Virus record (IMG/VR): IMGVR_UViG_3300024503_000485
Coordinates: 1 to 64,000 of that record
DNA length: 64,000 nucleotides
Direction: 5' to 3' (one strand)
Positions 10,068 through 19,224 of this stretch are shown here, one piece after another. Numbering within the stretch: position 1 is the first letter of the stretch; each line of letters starts with the position of its first letter. The notes under the pieces were generated by a model. The model saw nothing but the letters and a program-made list of their open reading frames with translations, made no database searches and was not told where the DNA came from. Position numbers and translations under genes: made by a program.

Positions 10068-10606
10068 TTACTCTAAAGCAATTTATGGAAACTTGTAACT
10101 ATCGTATTACTGAAGGTAGTGAATACGGTTGGCAATGTTTTGGGCGTGATGCTTATCGCTTAGATTCTTGGAATGGCGATATTGAAGGACACACAATTAC
10201 CATTGTGTTTGATACCAAAACACAGGTTGTCTATGAAGTAGAAGCATTTGACTATAAACGTGAACGTGCTTATCGTATGATCAATCTTGCGTTCAAACCT
10301 GCCTTTGATGCAGAAGTTGAGGATCGAGAAATCCTTGATATGGCTTGGGAAAAAGATGACGGTACACCCGTTAAGTATGTTGACATTGATGTAGATGAAG
10401 ACTTTCTTGAAAAGGCCTATGCTATCTGCAACGATCAAGAATATGATACTCGTGTACAGGTTCAAGTAGAGTTCTCAGACGAAGAACTTTTAAATTACAT
10501 GAAGATTGCTCACGAACGCGATATTACTTTTAATCAACTTGTAGAACAAGCATTAAAGGCTGCAATCGATCTTAATGCTTCTATTAAGAATCTTAGATTA
10601 GACTAA
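10064..10606 (+). CDS. hypothetical phage protein
   Basis: YRITEGSEYGWQCFG motif; coupled ORF. Confidence 0.7.
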   Translation: MITLKQFMETCNYRITEGSEYGWQCFGRDAYRLDSWNGDIEGHTITIVFDTKTQVVYEVEAFDYKRERAYRMINLAFKPAFDAEVEDREILDMAWEKDDGTPVKYVDIDVDEDFLEKAYAICNDQEYDTRVQVQVEFSDEELLNYMKIAHERDITFNQLVEQALKAAIDLNASIKNLRLD

Positions 10607-11155
10607 CCAAGTATTCACTGCCTGTGTTCCTGCAAGTTCACAGCAGTGACTCCATAGGTCTCTTGGTGGTATTGTAAATAGATCTTCTGGGCCTGGAGCA
10701 CGGGCAACTATCCAGCTAGAATCAATGGTCCACGGACCTTCACCGTCCATTTCCATTTCAAGTTGTCCTGGTGCCCAACTGCTTAGACCAATCATAACTC
10801 TAAACCATTTTGGTCTATCGCCATCGATGATCTTGTGAAACATATTCATTGAACTGGTCATTGACCAATGTGTTCCAATTCTTAAGGTATTGTCTGCTGT
10901 CCAGCTTGGGTCATGCAACATCCATACCGTGTTAACTCCAACTGGCCCACCCCAATATAAAGGAATGTCTTGTTCCAGAGATATTTCAATTGGTTTTATT
11001 ATTTCATTAACGGTATGACCGGACGGTCTGTTAATGCACAAGCCCTGACTACCCTGATTTGTATCCTGGGTCAATAATATTACGGTTTGTTTAAATCTTG
11101 GGTCTGCCATTGCTGGCGGAGATATCAATAAATCTCCAGGGCGGTATTGAGTCAT
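10598..11155 (-). CDS. yqgE: YqgE/AlgH family protein (DUF179)
   Basis: LLISPPAMADPRFKQTVILL, GLCINRP, LYWGGPV, GLSSWAPGQLEME...SW. Confidence 0.9.
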   Translation of the reverse strand: MTQYRPGDLLISPPAMADPRFKQTVILLTQDTNQGSQGLCINRPSGHTVNEIIKPIEISLEQDIPLYWGGPVGVNTVWMLHDPSWTADNTLRIGTHWSMTSSMNMFHKIIDGDRPKWFRVMIGLSSWAPGQLEMEMDGEGPWTIDSSWIVARAPGPEDLFTIPPRDLWSHCCELAGTQAVNTWLV

Positions 11156-11158
11156 TGT

Positions 11159-11647
11159 TTAACTCCAATCAGGTAAAGGGCCTCCGTATTTTTTGCCTTT
11201 GATCTTTTTGCCTCTAACTTTAACACGTTCGCTGCCTACCTTGTGTGATTTGCCGCCTTCTCTTGATCTGTACCCTTGACTCTTGCATGAAGCAAGCTGG
11301 CTGGCTCCAAGGGCACTATCGGGCTTTCCCGATGTACATAAGGCACGCGATGCAGGTTCTTCTGCAACTGCTTCATCGTCTGTGCCACCTCCAAACATAA
11401 CATCATCGTTGATTGGAAAATCTAAATCCATAAAACGCTCAGGTAATTGAGCTGTGCTGATAATCATTTCAAGCTCTTCTTCTGTTGGATGTACTTTCAA
11501 AAGAACTTTGGCAGCTTCATCGTGAGCATCGCCATTTTCCCAAATATTAATATCATAGTGTTCTTTGTAAAGTTCAGCCACGGCCTGCATGACCTTATGA
11601 TAATCTGTGGTGAATATATTTTCTGTAATAATATCTTTTATTTTCAT
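11159..11647 (-). CDS. putative internal head protein
   Basis: N-terminus MKIKDIITE resembles T4 capsid-targeting peptide; basic Cys-containing C-terminus. Confidence 0.5.
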   Translation of the reverse strand: MKIKDIITENIFTTDYHKVMQAVAELYKEHYDINIWENGDAHDEAAKVLLKVHPTEEELEMIISTAQLPERFMDLDFPINDDVMFGGGTDDEAVAEEPASRALCTSGKPDSALGASQLASCKSQGYRSREGGKSHKVGSERVKVRGKKIKGKKYGGPLPDWS

Positions 11648-11648
11648 A

Positions 11649-11882
11649 TTAAGCTACCTGAGCAACTGCGTAGATCGCGTTGACTAAAAGTGTTTTAGTA
11701 TCTAGGTCAGTGGCTTCTGCATCAAGTCTATCTGCTCGAACTAGGTCTAACATTAGTTCTCGATATTCATCCGCTGATATACCACCCTGTTGATATTGGC
11801 CAGCAATTTCCAAGGCCATTTGAGCTCTTTGTGCTGCCCAACTTGGGCCATTGGCTGCTAGATGTTGTAGGTGTTCAAACAT
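11649..11882 (-). CDS. hypothetical protein
   Basis: Coupled to lipoprotein gene. Confidence 0.6.
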   Translation of the reverse strand: MFEHLQHLAANGPSWAAQRAQMALEIAGQYQQGGISADEYRELMLDLVRADRLDAEATDLDTKTLLVNAIYAVAQVA

Positions 11883-12271
11883 TAGAATCTCCCAAGGATA
11901 CTAGCTGCGGCACGCTCTGCTTGTGCTGCCATTAGTTTCTTTTTAATTTCACAATAGACCTTAGAACCCTGTTGTGTCTGTGCTCGAGTAACCATGTCTC
12001 CTACGGTTTCCTGTAAGGGTTTGATAATGTTAATAACATCCTGATGTCTACGACCAGCGGATTGGCTGTATAATTCAAACCAACGTAGATCCTGTTGTAT
12101 CTTTAGTACCTGTGGTAACTGCTCTTGAGAGCAGTCCAAACGATCAATGTCTGCACGAACATCGATTATTCTAGAACTTTGATTAGGATCCGAAAAACTA
12201 GGAATCATGCCTACTAGGCTTGAGCAGCCAGAAAGCATGAAAACACATACTAGAGCAATTAGTCTATTCAT
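11882..12271 (-). CDS. lipoprotein
   Basis: Signal peptide with lipobox MLSGC; TAAATA 5 nt upstream of ATG. Confidence 0.7.
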   Translation of the reverse strand: MNRLIALVCVFMLSGCSSLVGMIPSFSDPNQSSRIIDVRADIDRLDCSQEQLPQVLKIQQDLRWFELYSQSAGRRHQDVINIIKPLQETVGDMVTRAQTQQGSKVYCEIKKKLMAAQAERAAASILGRF

Positions 12272-12286
12272 AAAAATATTTAGTTC

Positions 12287-12868
12287 TTAGGCTAGATTAA
12301 ATGCTATGCTGACTCGCTGTTTATCTGTGCGGTTAACTCCTACCTTGTGTGTTAACCAACTAGGAAACATGATCAAAGTTCCTGTTTTTGGCTGTATATG
12401 ATGGCTCTGACGTTGTGGCAGTAGATCTGCGGGCCATAGTCTAAGATGATCTACAGGGTTAGGGCTTTTAAAGGTTAAATTACCCTCATCACCATCTGCT
12501 TGATAATAGTAGCAGCCCGAAATAGCTCGTTCCGGATGTACATGATCGTACATGAAGTTTTTGGGCTCGTAGATATTGACCCAGCTGTCTGTGAGCCTAA
12601 AGGGTCTAACTGGATATTTGATAAAATTACACCAATCACGTAGACTTTCAAATATAGAGTCAGTTAGGTGGTTCATGCCCAGGTCCACAATATCGTTGGA
12701 GCCGTCAAATTTAAAGCTGGAACTAACTTCGTCGTCCCAGGGATTATCCTTGACTTCCAACTGGTCTAATGCTTGTTTGATCTGTGCCTGTACTCGATCT
12801 AGTTCTTCGCCCTCTAGTTCACGTACATAAACAGGAGCATAAAATAAGTGTAGTTTTTGTGATTTCAT
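12287..12868 (-). CDS. putative 2OG-Fe(II) oxygenase (TIGR02466-like)
   Basis: SWVNIY...HVH...ISGCYY...GTLIMFPSWLTH...RVSIAFN; start at ATG 12868 (ATGA overlap). Confidence 0.8.
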   Translation of the reverse strand: MKSQKLHLFYAPVYVRELEGEELDRVQAQIKQALDQLEVKDNPWDDEVSSSFKFDGSNDIVDLGMNHLTDSIFESLRDWCNFIKYPVRPFRLTDSWVNIYEPKNFMYDHVHPERAISGCYYYQADGDEGNLTFKSPNPVDHLRLWPADLLPQRQSHHIQPKTGTLIMFPSWLTHKVGVNRTDKQRVSIAFNLA

Positions 12869-13476
12869 TTGAATACCAAGTAAGTTGAAAGAATGTATTT
12901 GGTTTGTCCGTCTTGGGGCATAAGCCCTGCATGAGGAAAATGCCAAGTGGGTGTGAATATACAGAGCCGACCTCGACGAGCAGCCACGGTCATGTTTTCC
13001 AAAGGAAACTCTGTGCCAGCGTCCGAATCGTTGAGATAAAACAAACAGGCCAAAAATCTAGATGAAGTTTCTAGGGTAGTATTATCAGCGTGTAGTTTAA
13101 ACTCATGACGACCATTGGGTCTATAGCATTTGATTCTAAAACCCTCTAGGGCAAAGTCATAGGGCAAGATGTTTAGAGTGTCCCAATCACGCTTATAGTC
13201 ACTGACCAAGGGTATGACCCTAGCTGAGAGTTGATCGCAGGTCTCAGTCCAATCATAGGCCCAGTGGCTGCTTTTCTTATAAAGATCCCAGGGATTACGA
13301 GCCTGAGGGTGGCGTGTAGAGTGTAGATCTAATTCAATTAATTTGGCCCACTCGCCCGGACGTTCCTTATGGAATCGAGCGCAGAGTTCAAAGGCCTTGA
13401 CCATTTCATCGCAGAATTCTGGGTCAAGGGCAGCGTCAATGACCCGTATGTAGTTTTTGTCGTAGACTATTTCCAT
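12865..13476 (-). CDS. prolyl-4-hydroxylase-like 2OG-Fe(II) oxygenase
   Basis: FKLHAD, RFLACLFYLND, GTEF, GRLCIF...FPHAG, KYILSTY. Confidence 0.85.
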   Translation of the reverse strand: MEIVYDKNYIRVIDAALDPEFCDEMVKAFELCARFHKERPGEWAKLIELDLHSTRHPQARNPWDLYKKSSHWAYDWTETCDQLSARVIPLVSDYKRDWDTLNILPYDFALEGFRIKCYRPNGRHEFKLHADNTTLETSSRFLACLFYLNDSDAGTEFPLENMTVAARRGRLCIFTPTWHFPHAGLMPQDGQTKYILSTYLVFK

Positions 13477-13496
13477 GCAGTATTTACTGCTGGGGC

Positions 13497-14339
13497 CTAG
13501 CTGCCAAATACGATTGTGAATGCTGTTTGTCTAAGGGCCAGGTTATCCACATAGGCCTTGGTAGTGGCCTGAAGGGGTTCTGTTACTGCTTCTGTTAGGC
13601 TAAGGGTACCCAGGGTAGTTATGTGTAGCCATTGGGGGTCTGTGTATTCTTGAGTTTCTAAAACAGCACCCTCTTGATAGGGCCCTGTTTCAAGCTCAAA
13701 GTTTAAGACATAGTCAGGGCCAGTGCCTTCAATGGTCACTGAGCTGCCCGAGCCCGAGGGTCTAGTTGTAACAGAGCCTATGCTGATCTCAGGTGCAGGG
13801 CCTGCGACATAGCCAGCTACCTGTTCACGCCCATCCGACCAGCGATATATGAGATTGCCCGTGGCTGTGTCTACTCTAAGACTTTCTATTTGCTGAGCTG
13901 CGGCCGAAGTTTGTACCACTTCTGTAGTGATCAGCTGTGCCCTAGGCGTTTGAGCAGTTTCATCGCTGACCAAGCCTGAGGTAGTCAAAGCCCAGGTTAG
14001 GCTAAGATTTTCAGCTGTGACAATGTTGTCTGTGGTTAATAGTTCAAGGGGAAACTGAGTGCCCAGAACTGATCTGCCCTTGCGAATGTTCTGTTGATAA
14101 TGATCAAACCAAGCACGTGACCAATCAATTCTATTCTTATACTCTTCACGGTCTATGGTGATGCTGACAATGGTCTGTCCTAGCAGATCCGAGCTAGGCG
14201 GGTTAGCTGTGCGTATTTCCTTACTGGTAAATTTAAGCGCAACTTCTCGAATGGCTCTAGCATTGGCCCTAGTGGGTGTAACTCCTGAGCGTATCAAGGA
14301 GTCTGTGAGCACACGATGTTGATTTTTGGTAAGAGCCAT
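13497..14339 (-). CDS. putative virion structural/fibre-like protein
   Basis: ISIGSVTT...SVTIEGTG...LNF and PLQATTKAYVD segments typical of fibre repeats; late-type TAAATA upstream. Confidence 0.45.
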   Translation of the reverse strand: MALTKNQHRVLTDSLIRSGVTPTRANARAIREVALKFTSKEIRTANPPSSDLLGQTIVSITIDREEYKNRIDWSRAWFDHYQQNIRKGRSVLGTQFPLELLTTDNIVTAENLSLTWALTTSGLVSDETAQTPRAQLITTEVVQTSAAAQQIESLRVDTATGNLIYRWSDGREQVAGYVAGPAPEISIGSVTTRPSGSGSSVTIEGTGPDYVLNFELETGPYQEGAVLETQEYTDPQWLHITTLGTLSLTEAVTEPLQATTKAYVDNLALRQTAFTIVFGS

Positions 14340-14351
14340 ACTAGTATTTAA

Positions 14352-14567
14352 TTAAACCCAGCTGCGACTATGACTTCTAGATAATTCTGGGTATTTGATT
14401 TCAAAGAACACACGATTACGATCAGGCACAAAAAAGTCTATGTCGCCCCCAGGTTGTATACTGAGAAAGCCACCCCACGCTTGTACATCACGCCAAATCT
14501 GTTCAGGATCTAACCCATGTCGAAAGTGATGATATCTATAACAATGATCTGTGATCTGAATCGCCAT
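14352..14567 (-). CDS. small hypothetical protein
   Basis: Probable start at ATG 14567 within track ORF 14352..14702. Confidence 0.45.
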   Translation of the reverse strand: MAIQITDHCYRYHHFRHGLDPEQIWRDVQAWGGFLSIQPGGDIDFFVPDRNRVFFEIKYPELSRSHSRSWV

Positions 14568-14754
14568 CCTGTACTTATCCAAAATGGCCGAGCATAATTC
14601 TATAAGCCGCGAAGCGGCAGCGGTAGCGCCATAAATATCAAATGAGGAAATTGCTGTTAATTTTAACTCTAGGCCTAGAGGCATGCTCACAGCTTTGCCC
14701 ACAGGGCCTTACAGAAGATCCACATAGAGTGTGTGTGCAGATAAGGATACAGGT

Positions 14755-15012
14755 ATGAAACAACAGGTTTGGTATCTGGTGCATAAAGACACCCAAAGAC
14801 GCTTAAAGTACTACAGGTCTCTTGCGGGTGCTCGTATAGCACAAAGAGCACGTAATCATAGACTGGGCTTTATTGAGCGTGTAGAGCGTGTAGAGATATG
14901 GGATAACTGGGAAGTGGAAAGGTGCAAAAATAAAGCGGGTCTTATCTTAGAAGCAACTTGGTGTATAGTAGAAGACACCGTGGACATTGAGGATTTATAT
15001 GCAGAAGAATGA
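14755..15012 (+). CDS. hypothetical protein
   Basis: ATG 14755 after AAGGATACAGGT. Confidence 0.55.
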   Translation: MKQQVWYLVHKDTQRRLKYYRSLAGARIAQRARNHRLGFIERVERVEIWDNWEVERCKNKAGLILEATWCIVEDTVDIEDLYAEE

Positions 15013-15128
15013 TACGAAACTACAAGCATTACTAGCAAGTATAGTCTTAGTCTTGGTCTACTGGCTGTTTTGGATCATAACACATTAAATACTTGTATAA
15101 CAACAAACAACTACGCAGGAGCGTGTAT

Positions 15129-15332
15129 ATGCGTAATCCAGAAGAAATTTCTAAATGGGTAAGAACAGAACTGGCTAGAGTAAATCCCTATACAGATAAA
15201 CTTAGAGCACATCTTTGGGCAGTGGGTTTTCTAAGTTCAATTATAGCTAGTCTAATATGGGCAGACTCTAAGAACTTGACGAGTTTTAGACTGGCTGTGG
15301 CTGCTAAACTCAAAGAACAAGATAGACTATGA
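15129..15332 (+). CDS. hypothetical protein
   Basis: GGAGCG RBS at 15118-15123. Confidence 0.6.
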   Translation: MRNPEEISKWVRTELARVNPYTDKLRAHLWAVGFLSSIIASLIWADSKNLTSFRLAVAAKLKEQDRL

Positions 15333-15340
15333 CCTATAAT

Positions 15341-15779
15341 GGCCCCGCTGTAGAATCAACGTGTACATATATGTAGTATAGGCCTAAAGGCCGAGGGAAC
15401 TATATATACATTCTTACTGAAGGATAAGAATCAAAGATTCTTACTGAGCTGTAGACGTTGATTTTACTGGGGTTTTGCAGCTGGGTCAGTAAGTAGCAAA
15501 AAGTGTGATTTACTGAGCCTAGACTCGCGTACAGGCCCCGCTGCGTAGGGTGTGCGCAAGGAAAAAGTGCAGAAAAGTGTGATAAAGTGTGAAATTGTGT
15601 GGTATTTGAACTATGCCTCATAACCAATTCACCACGGTAGAGTCTACACTAAAAGATTCTAGCCTAGACTCTGCTCAAACGATTCAGAATCCACCATTTC
15701 TCAGGGAGAATCCACCGTGAATCCACCGTGAACTAGTGCTCTTAAACCAGTCTACGGTAGGCGCAAAGTGGCCCCGCTG
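15341..15779. repeat. non-coding spacer with several short repeat families (iteron-like)
   Basis: GGCCCCGCTG x3; CTTACTGA x2 plus an inverted copy; four 10-bp phased AAAGTGTGA-like units 15563-15602; GCCTAGACTC x2; GAATCCACC x3. Confidence 0.8.
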
Positions 15780-15828
15780 CTGTAGATTGTGGTTGACATA
15801 CTCACGTAATGACTATATAATATCGCAT

Positions 15829-16083
15829 ATGACACAAAGAGAAGTATTTGAATATAACAATGAAGAAGAAGCCGAAATGGCTCAGATTCATAGTCTACAC
15901 ATTAATCAGAACGCTATAGATTCTGTACAAGCAGAGTTGGCTCGTCAAAGATCACAGCCTAGTCTAGAGGAATGTGAAGACTGCGGTGAAGCTATTCCAC
16001 AGGCTAGACAGCAAATGGTCCCAGGTTGTACACGCTGCGTATACTGCCAAGGCTTATTTGAGCGTCGTAGAGCTGGATACTAA
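15829..16083 (+). CDS. TraR/DksA C4-type zinc-finger protein
   Basis: CEDCGEAIPQARQQMVPGCTRCVYCQ; N-terminal acidic coiled coil; ATG 7 nt after -10. Confidence 0.85.
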   Translation: MTQREVFEYNNEEEAEMAQIHSLHINQNAIDSVQAELARQRSQPSLEECEDCGEAIPQARQQMVPGCTRCVYCQGLFERRRAGY

Positions 16084-16152
16084 TAGGCCCCGCTGCTATA
16101 CACACGTACATGTATGCAAAAGAAAAGACTATTATCTAAAAGCAGAGACTCT

Positions 16153-16452
16153 ATGACCCTACCTGATGAACGTTATCGCGCTGTAGAGCAAACACAGCGT
16201 TTTCTAGAATCACTATTAGATTCTGCACAAACTCCCAGAGTACCCAAAAAGATCCGAGATTCAGCAAGAAGTCTGCTGCGCCACTATCCCTCACGTTGGG
16301 ATCTAGATCGTGCAGCAGCAGCTAGTCCTGATGTTTTTATACGTAGACTTGATCCCTTGTACAAGATGGTCAAGACTCATGACATGCAGCAGCGTATGGC
16401 CGAGGATGTGGAAGAAGATCTACGTGAAGCTAAGAATAGAGGTGAACTATGA
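16153..16452 (+). CDS. hypothetical phage protein (MTLPDERYRAV family)
   Basis: TPRVPKKIR...LLRHYPS motif. Confidence 0.7.
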   Translation: MTLPDERYRAVEQTQRFLESLLDSAQTPRVPKKIRDSARSLLRHYPSRWDLDRAAAASPDVFIRRLDPLYKMVKTHDMQQRMAEDVEEDLREAKNRGEL

Positions 16453-16631
16453 CTAGGATAAAGATTGTTCAACCGGTGGAAGCGGACGGGGAAGTGGCTA
16501 TGACTCCAGAAGAACTAGCACTAGCACAGGCTCGTCAACGTGCTGCGCTGGTGCCTAAATACGGGGAACCTGGCTGGAATCCTGATGCTCGCGACCCCGA
16601 CACTGACACCTTACCCAATCAATAATTAATT

Positions 16632-16708
16632 CACGCATTAGCTCAGTTGGATAGAGCAACAGCCTTCTAAGCTGTGGGTCAGGGGTTCGAATCCCTTATG
16701 CGTGGCCA
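16632..16708 (+). tRNA. tRNA-Arg (anticodon UCU)
   Basis: Cloverleaf: acceptor CACGCAT/ATGCGTG, anticodon arm ACAGC-CTTCTAA-GCTGT, TTCGAAT T-loop, encoded CCA. Confidence 0.95.
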
Positions 16709-16712
16709 GTTA

Positions 16713-16790
<78 letters not shown>

Positions 16791-16796
16791 CTTGAG

Positions 16797-16832
16797 AAAC
16801 CCTATAGTCAACTCAGCTATAGGGTTTTTTCT
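16797..16832 (+). terminator. intrinsic terminator after tRNAs
   Basis: AAACCCTATAG/CTATAGGGTTT stem plus T-run. Confidence 0.85.
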
Positions 16833-17097
16833 TGTCCAAACGGCTGTGATCGTGTACAATATGCATTTAAACAAGGACAGCAATGACAGCACTACAGCAA
16901 AAGTTCTACGCTGCGTTAGCCTCGCTACAGCAGCACACAAATTTAGATGACGAAGAACAGCAAGACGCAATTGCTGCACTCGCGCAGCTAATCGAGGATC
17001 ACGTCAAATAACCCTAGGCCCTCTAGGGTCTTAGACAAAATTGGTTGACATTTTGGCGCAGAGATCGTACAATATACATATGTTGAAGGAGCGGCGA

Positions 17098-17418
17098 ATG
17101 CGAGCAAAGAGATCAGATCGTAATCACATCATCTATGAACTACGTGTTAACGGTGAGAACTACATTGGTGTCACAGCCAAGACTGAATCAACTATTAATA
17201 AGAGTGTTCGCGCTCGTGCTGCCAAGCACTTCTATCGTGCCAAAACAGAAACTAAGAATTGGCTGCTTTGCTCAGCTCTACGCAAGCTCAACAGCAAAGA
17301 AGAAATTGAAATCATTGTTCACGAGATTGTTCGTGGCAAAGCCCTGGCCCATAAGCGCGAAGTAGAAATCCGCAGACTGGTAGGCCCTACACTAAACACA
17401 GACACACGAGGAGACTAA
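17098..17418 (+). CDS. GIY-YIG-like protein
   Basis: HIIYEL...YIGVT; GGAGCG RBS. Confidence 0.55.
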   Translation: MRAKRSDRNHIIYELRVNGENYIGVTAKTESTINKSVRARAAKHFYRAKTETKNWLLCSALRKLNSKEEIEIIVHEIVRGKALAHKREVEIRRLVGPTLNTDTRGD

Positions 17419-17419
17419 C

Positions 17420-17674
17420 ATGGACTTGACCGTAGAAATGTATCGTATAGATCGTCGCTGCAAAGCGGGCCGAGTACTAGTAATGAAGCAGGACTACACA
17501 GACGTGAGCTGGGCCCAAATGGAGCGCATGTACCCACGTCGTCCACGCTACATCGTAGAGTTTCACGAGACTTGGGTTACAAAGACTAACCTTATGACGG
17601 GCTTGCCCTATCAGGAACGTTACGATACCCCACATTGCTGTTCAGCAGCCAGCGAGACCTACTGGAGCATGTAG
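17420..17674 (+). CDS. hypothetical protein
   Basis: GAGGAGA RBS. Confidence 0.65.
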   Translation: MDLTVEMYRIDRRCKAGRVLVMKQDYTDVSWAQMERMYPRRPRYIVEFHETWVTKTNLMTGLPYQERYDTPHCCSAASETYWSM

Positions 17675-17734
17675 GGGTTGACAACTAGGAATTTTGGCAG
17701 TATAATACAGGCTTACAACGTTAAGGAGCGACCT

Positions 17735-17911
17735 ATGACTAACCCAATCCCTTCTAGCAACATTTGGCACACACCCGCAGATCTCAACGAGCTGCAGGAT
17801 ATGATCAATCAGTTCACAGGCCAGGAAGCTGCGCTGGCTGCACACGTGATGATGTTGACCCTGAACACCTGCCACAAATTAGTCGATGAAGCTATCAAGG
17901 AGGCCGCATGA
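17735..17911 (+). CDS. small early protein
   Basis: Own promoter plus AAGGAGCGACCT RBS. Confidence 0.7.
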   Translation: MTNPIPSSNIWHTPADLNELQDMINQFTGQEAALAAHVMMLTLNTCHKLVDEAIKEAA

Positions 17912-18273
17912 GGTACTGGGACGAACTGCTGCGCGAGCAGCGTAATGGTCTAACCGTGATCGTGGACAAGACCTGGGAAGACTGCTCTATTCGCGATCTC
18001 TTTGATGAAAGCTGCTGTGATGTAGAGGACCTGGAACGTAAGGTTAACAGGGGCGATTTGGATTGGTTTATGCTCAGAGCTCGCGTCATGTACAATGATC
18101 TGGAACTGGGCTCAGAGATCTGTGGAGGGTTCCTCTACGAAGATGCTCGCGATGTGCTGCGTGATGGTATGGCTGACGAGATGATCTGGCAAGCAGAGGA
18201 AGAAGCCAAACGACAATTACCCGGCCTTATTGAAGGGTTATTGCGTGTAGAGGTTGACAAATTGGCTGCGTGA
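17908..18273 (+). CDS. hypothetical early protein
   Basis: GGAGG RBS, ATGA overlap. Confidence 0.65.
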   Translation: MRYWDELLREQRNGLTVIVDKTWEDCSIRDLFDESCCDVEDLERKVNRGDLDWFMLRARVMYNDLELGSEICGGFLYEDARDVLRDGMADEMIWQAEEEAKRQLPGLIEGLLRVEVDKLAA

Positions 18274-18309
18274 GCATACAATAGAGACTTAGCAACAAAG
18301 GAGCGCGAT

Positions 18310-18648
18310 ATGCAGACACTTTTTAGCACAGCAGGCGACGGCTTGTGGAGCAACGTAGCAAAGCCTGTACACATTGTAGACATGCAACTTGCCTACATTA
18401 ACGACGAGAGAGATTTTGGCGAGCTGCGTGTTTACTTTAACACTAAGTTTTGGGACGTTAACAAAGACGGTCTCATTTACACAGACAGCAACTTTATTGA
18501 AGAACTGCGCAATTTTTTAATTGCACAAGAACTAACTGACGACTGCGACTACAGCGAGCAAGGCATGCAGGGAGACAACTACGTTAGCTTAGACGTGGGA
18601 GAGGGCTTTATTGCTGCGTGGGATGCAAAGTTTAACTTGTTTGCATAA
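18310..18648 (+). CDS. hypothetical early protein
   Basis: Own promoter plus GGAGCG RBS. Confidence 0.7.
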   Translation: MQTLFSTAGDGLWSNVAKPVHIVDMQLAYINDERDFGELRVYFNTKFWDVNKDGLIYTDSNFIEELRNFLIAQELTDDCDYSEQGMQGDNYVSLDVGEGFIAAWDAKFNLFA

Positions 18649-18720
18649 GCACAAAACGGGGGTTGACAACAGCCCCCGTTTATAGTACAATAGACACACA
18701 TTAACACAAAGGAGCGTGAA

Positions 18721-19143
18721 ATGGCTACTCGAAGCACTATTGCAATGGAGCAACCCGACGGTCGCGTAATGCAGATCTACTGCCACTGGGACGGTTACCT
18801 TGATCACAACGGAGAGATCCTTCAGGAGCACTATCGTGATCGCGCTAAGGTTTTGGCACTCATGTATCTGGGCGATATCAGCTCCTTAGCTCCTAGCATC
18901 GGAGAACCGCACGATTGGGACAACTGCCCTGAGGGTGTCTGCAACGCCTACGGACGCGATCGTGGCGAATCGGGCTGTGAAGCTCGTGTGTTCAAGGACT
19001 TTGAGGACTACAAGGCCAACCACCAGTACGAAGAATACGAGTATATCTTCCGTTCGGACGATCAGTGGTATGTTTCCGAATACAGCCGAGCCTACCGCGC
19101 ACTTGAGCAGGTGCTGGCAGAAGCAGAAACCCTAGAGGATTAA
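18721..19143 (+). CDS. hypothetical early protein (MATRSTI...IYCHWDGY family)
   Basis: Own promoter plus GGAGCG RBS. Confidence 0.7.
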   Translation: MATRSTIAMEQPDGRVMQIYCHWDGYLDHNGEILQEHYRDRAKVLALMYLGDISSLAPSIGEPHDWDNCPEGVCNAYGRDRGESGCEARVFKDFEDYKANHQYEEYEYIFRSDDQWYVSEYSRAYRALEQVLAEAETLED

Positions 19144-19224
19144 GGGTTATTACTGAATGGGGTTGACAACAGCCTCATTTGGTAATATAATAGAGGTATG
19201 TTCAACAAATGCATAGGAGCGAAA

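Noticed and set aside
11649-12271. Spanin pair
   Set aside because: A lipobox is present, but the partner lacks an N-terminal TM helix and no endolysin or holin is adjacent
15400-15627. 75-aa minus-strand ORF in the repeat spacer
   Set aside because: No RBS or promoter; sequence explained by the repeats
15341-15779. Possible CRISPR array or mini-array
   Set aside because: Repeats are 8-11 bp, heterogeneous and irregularly spaced; no 25-45 bp repeat with unique spacers and no cas gene
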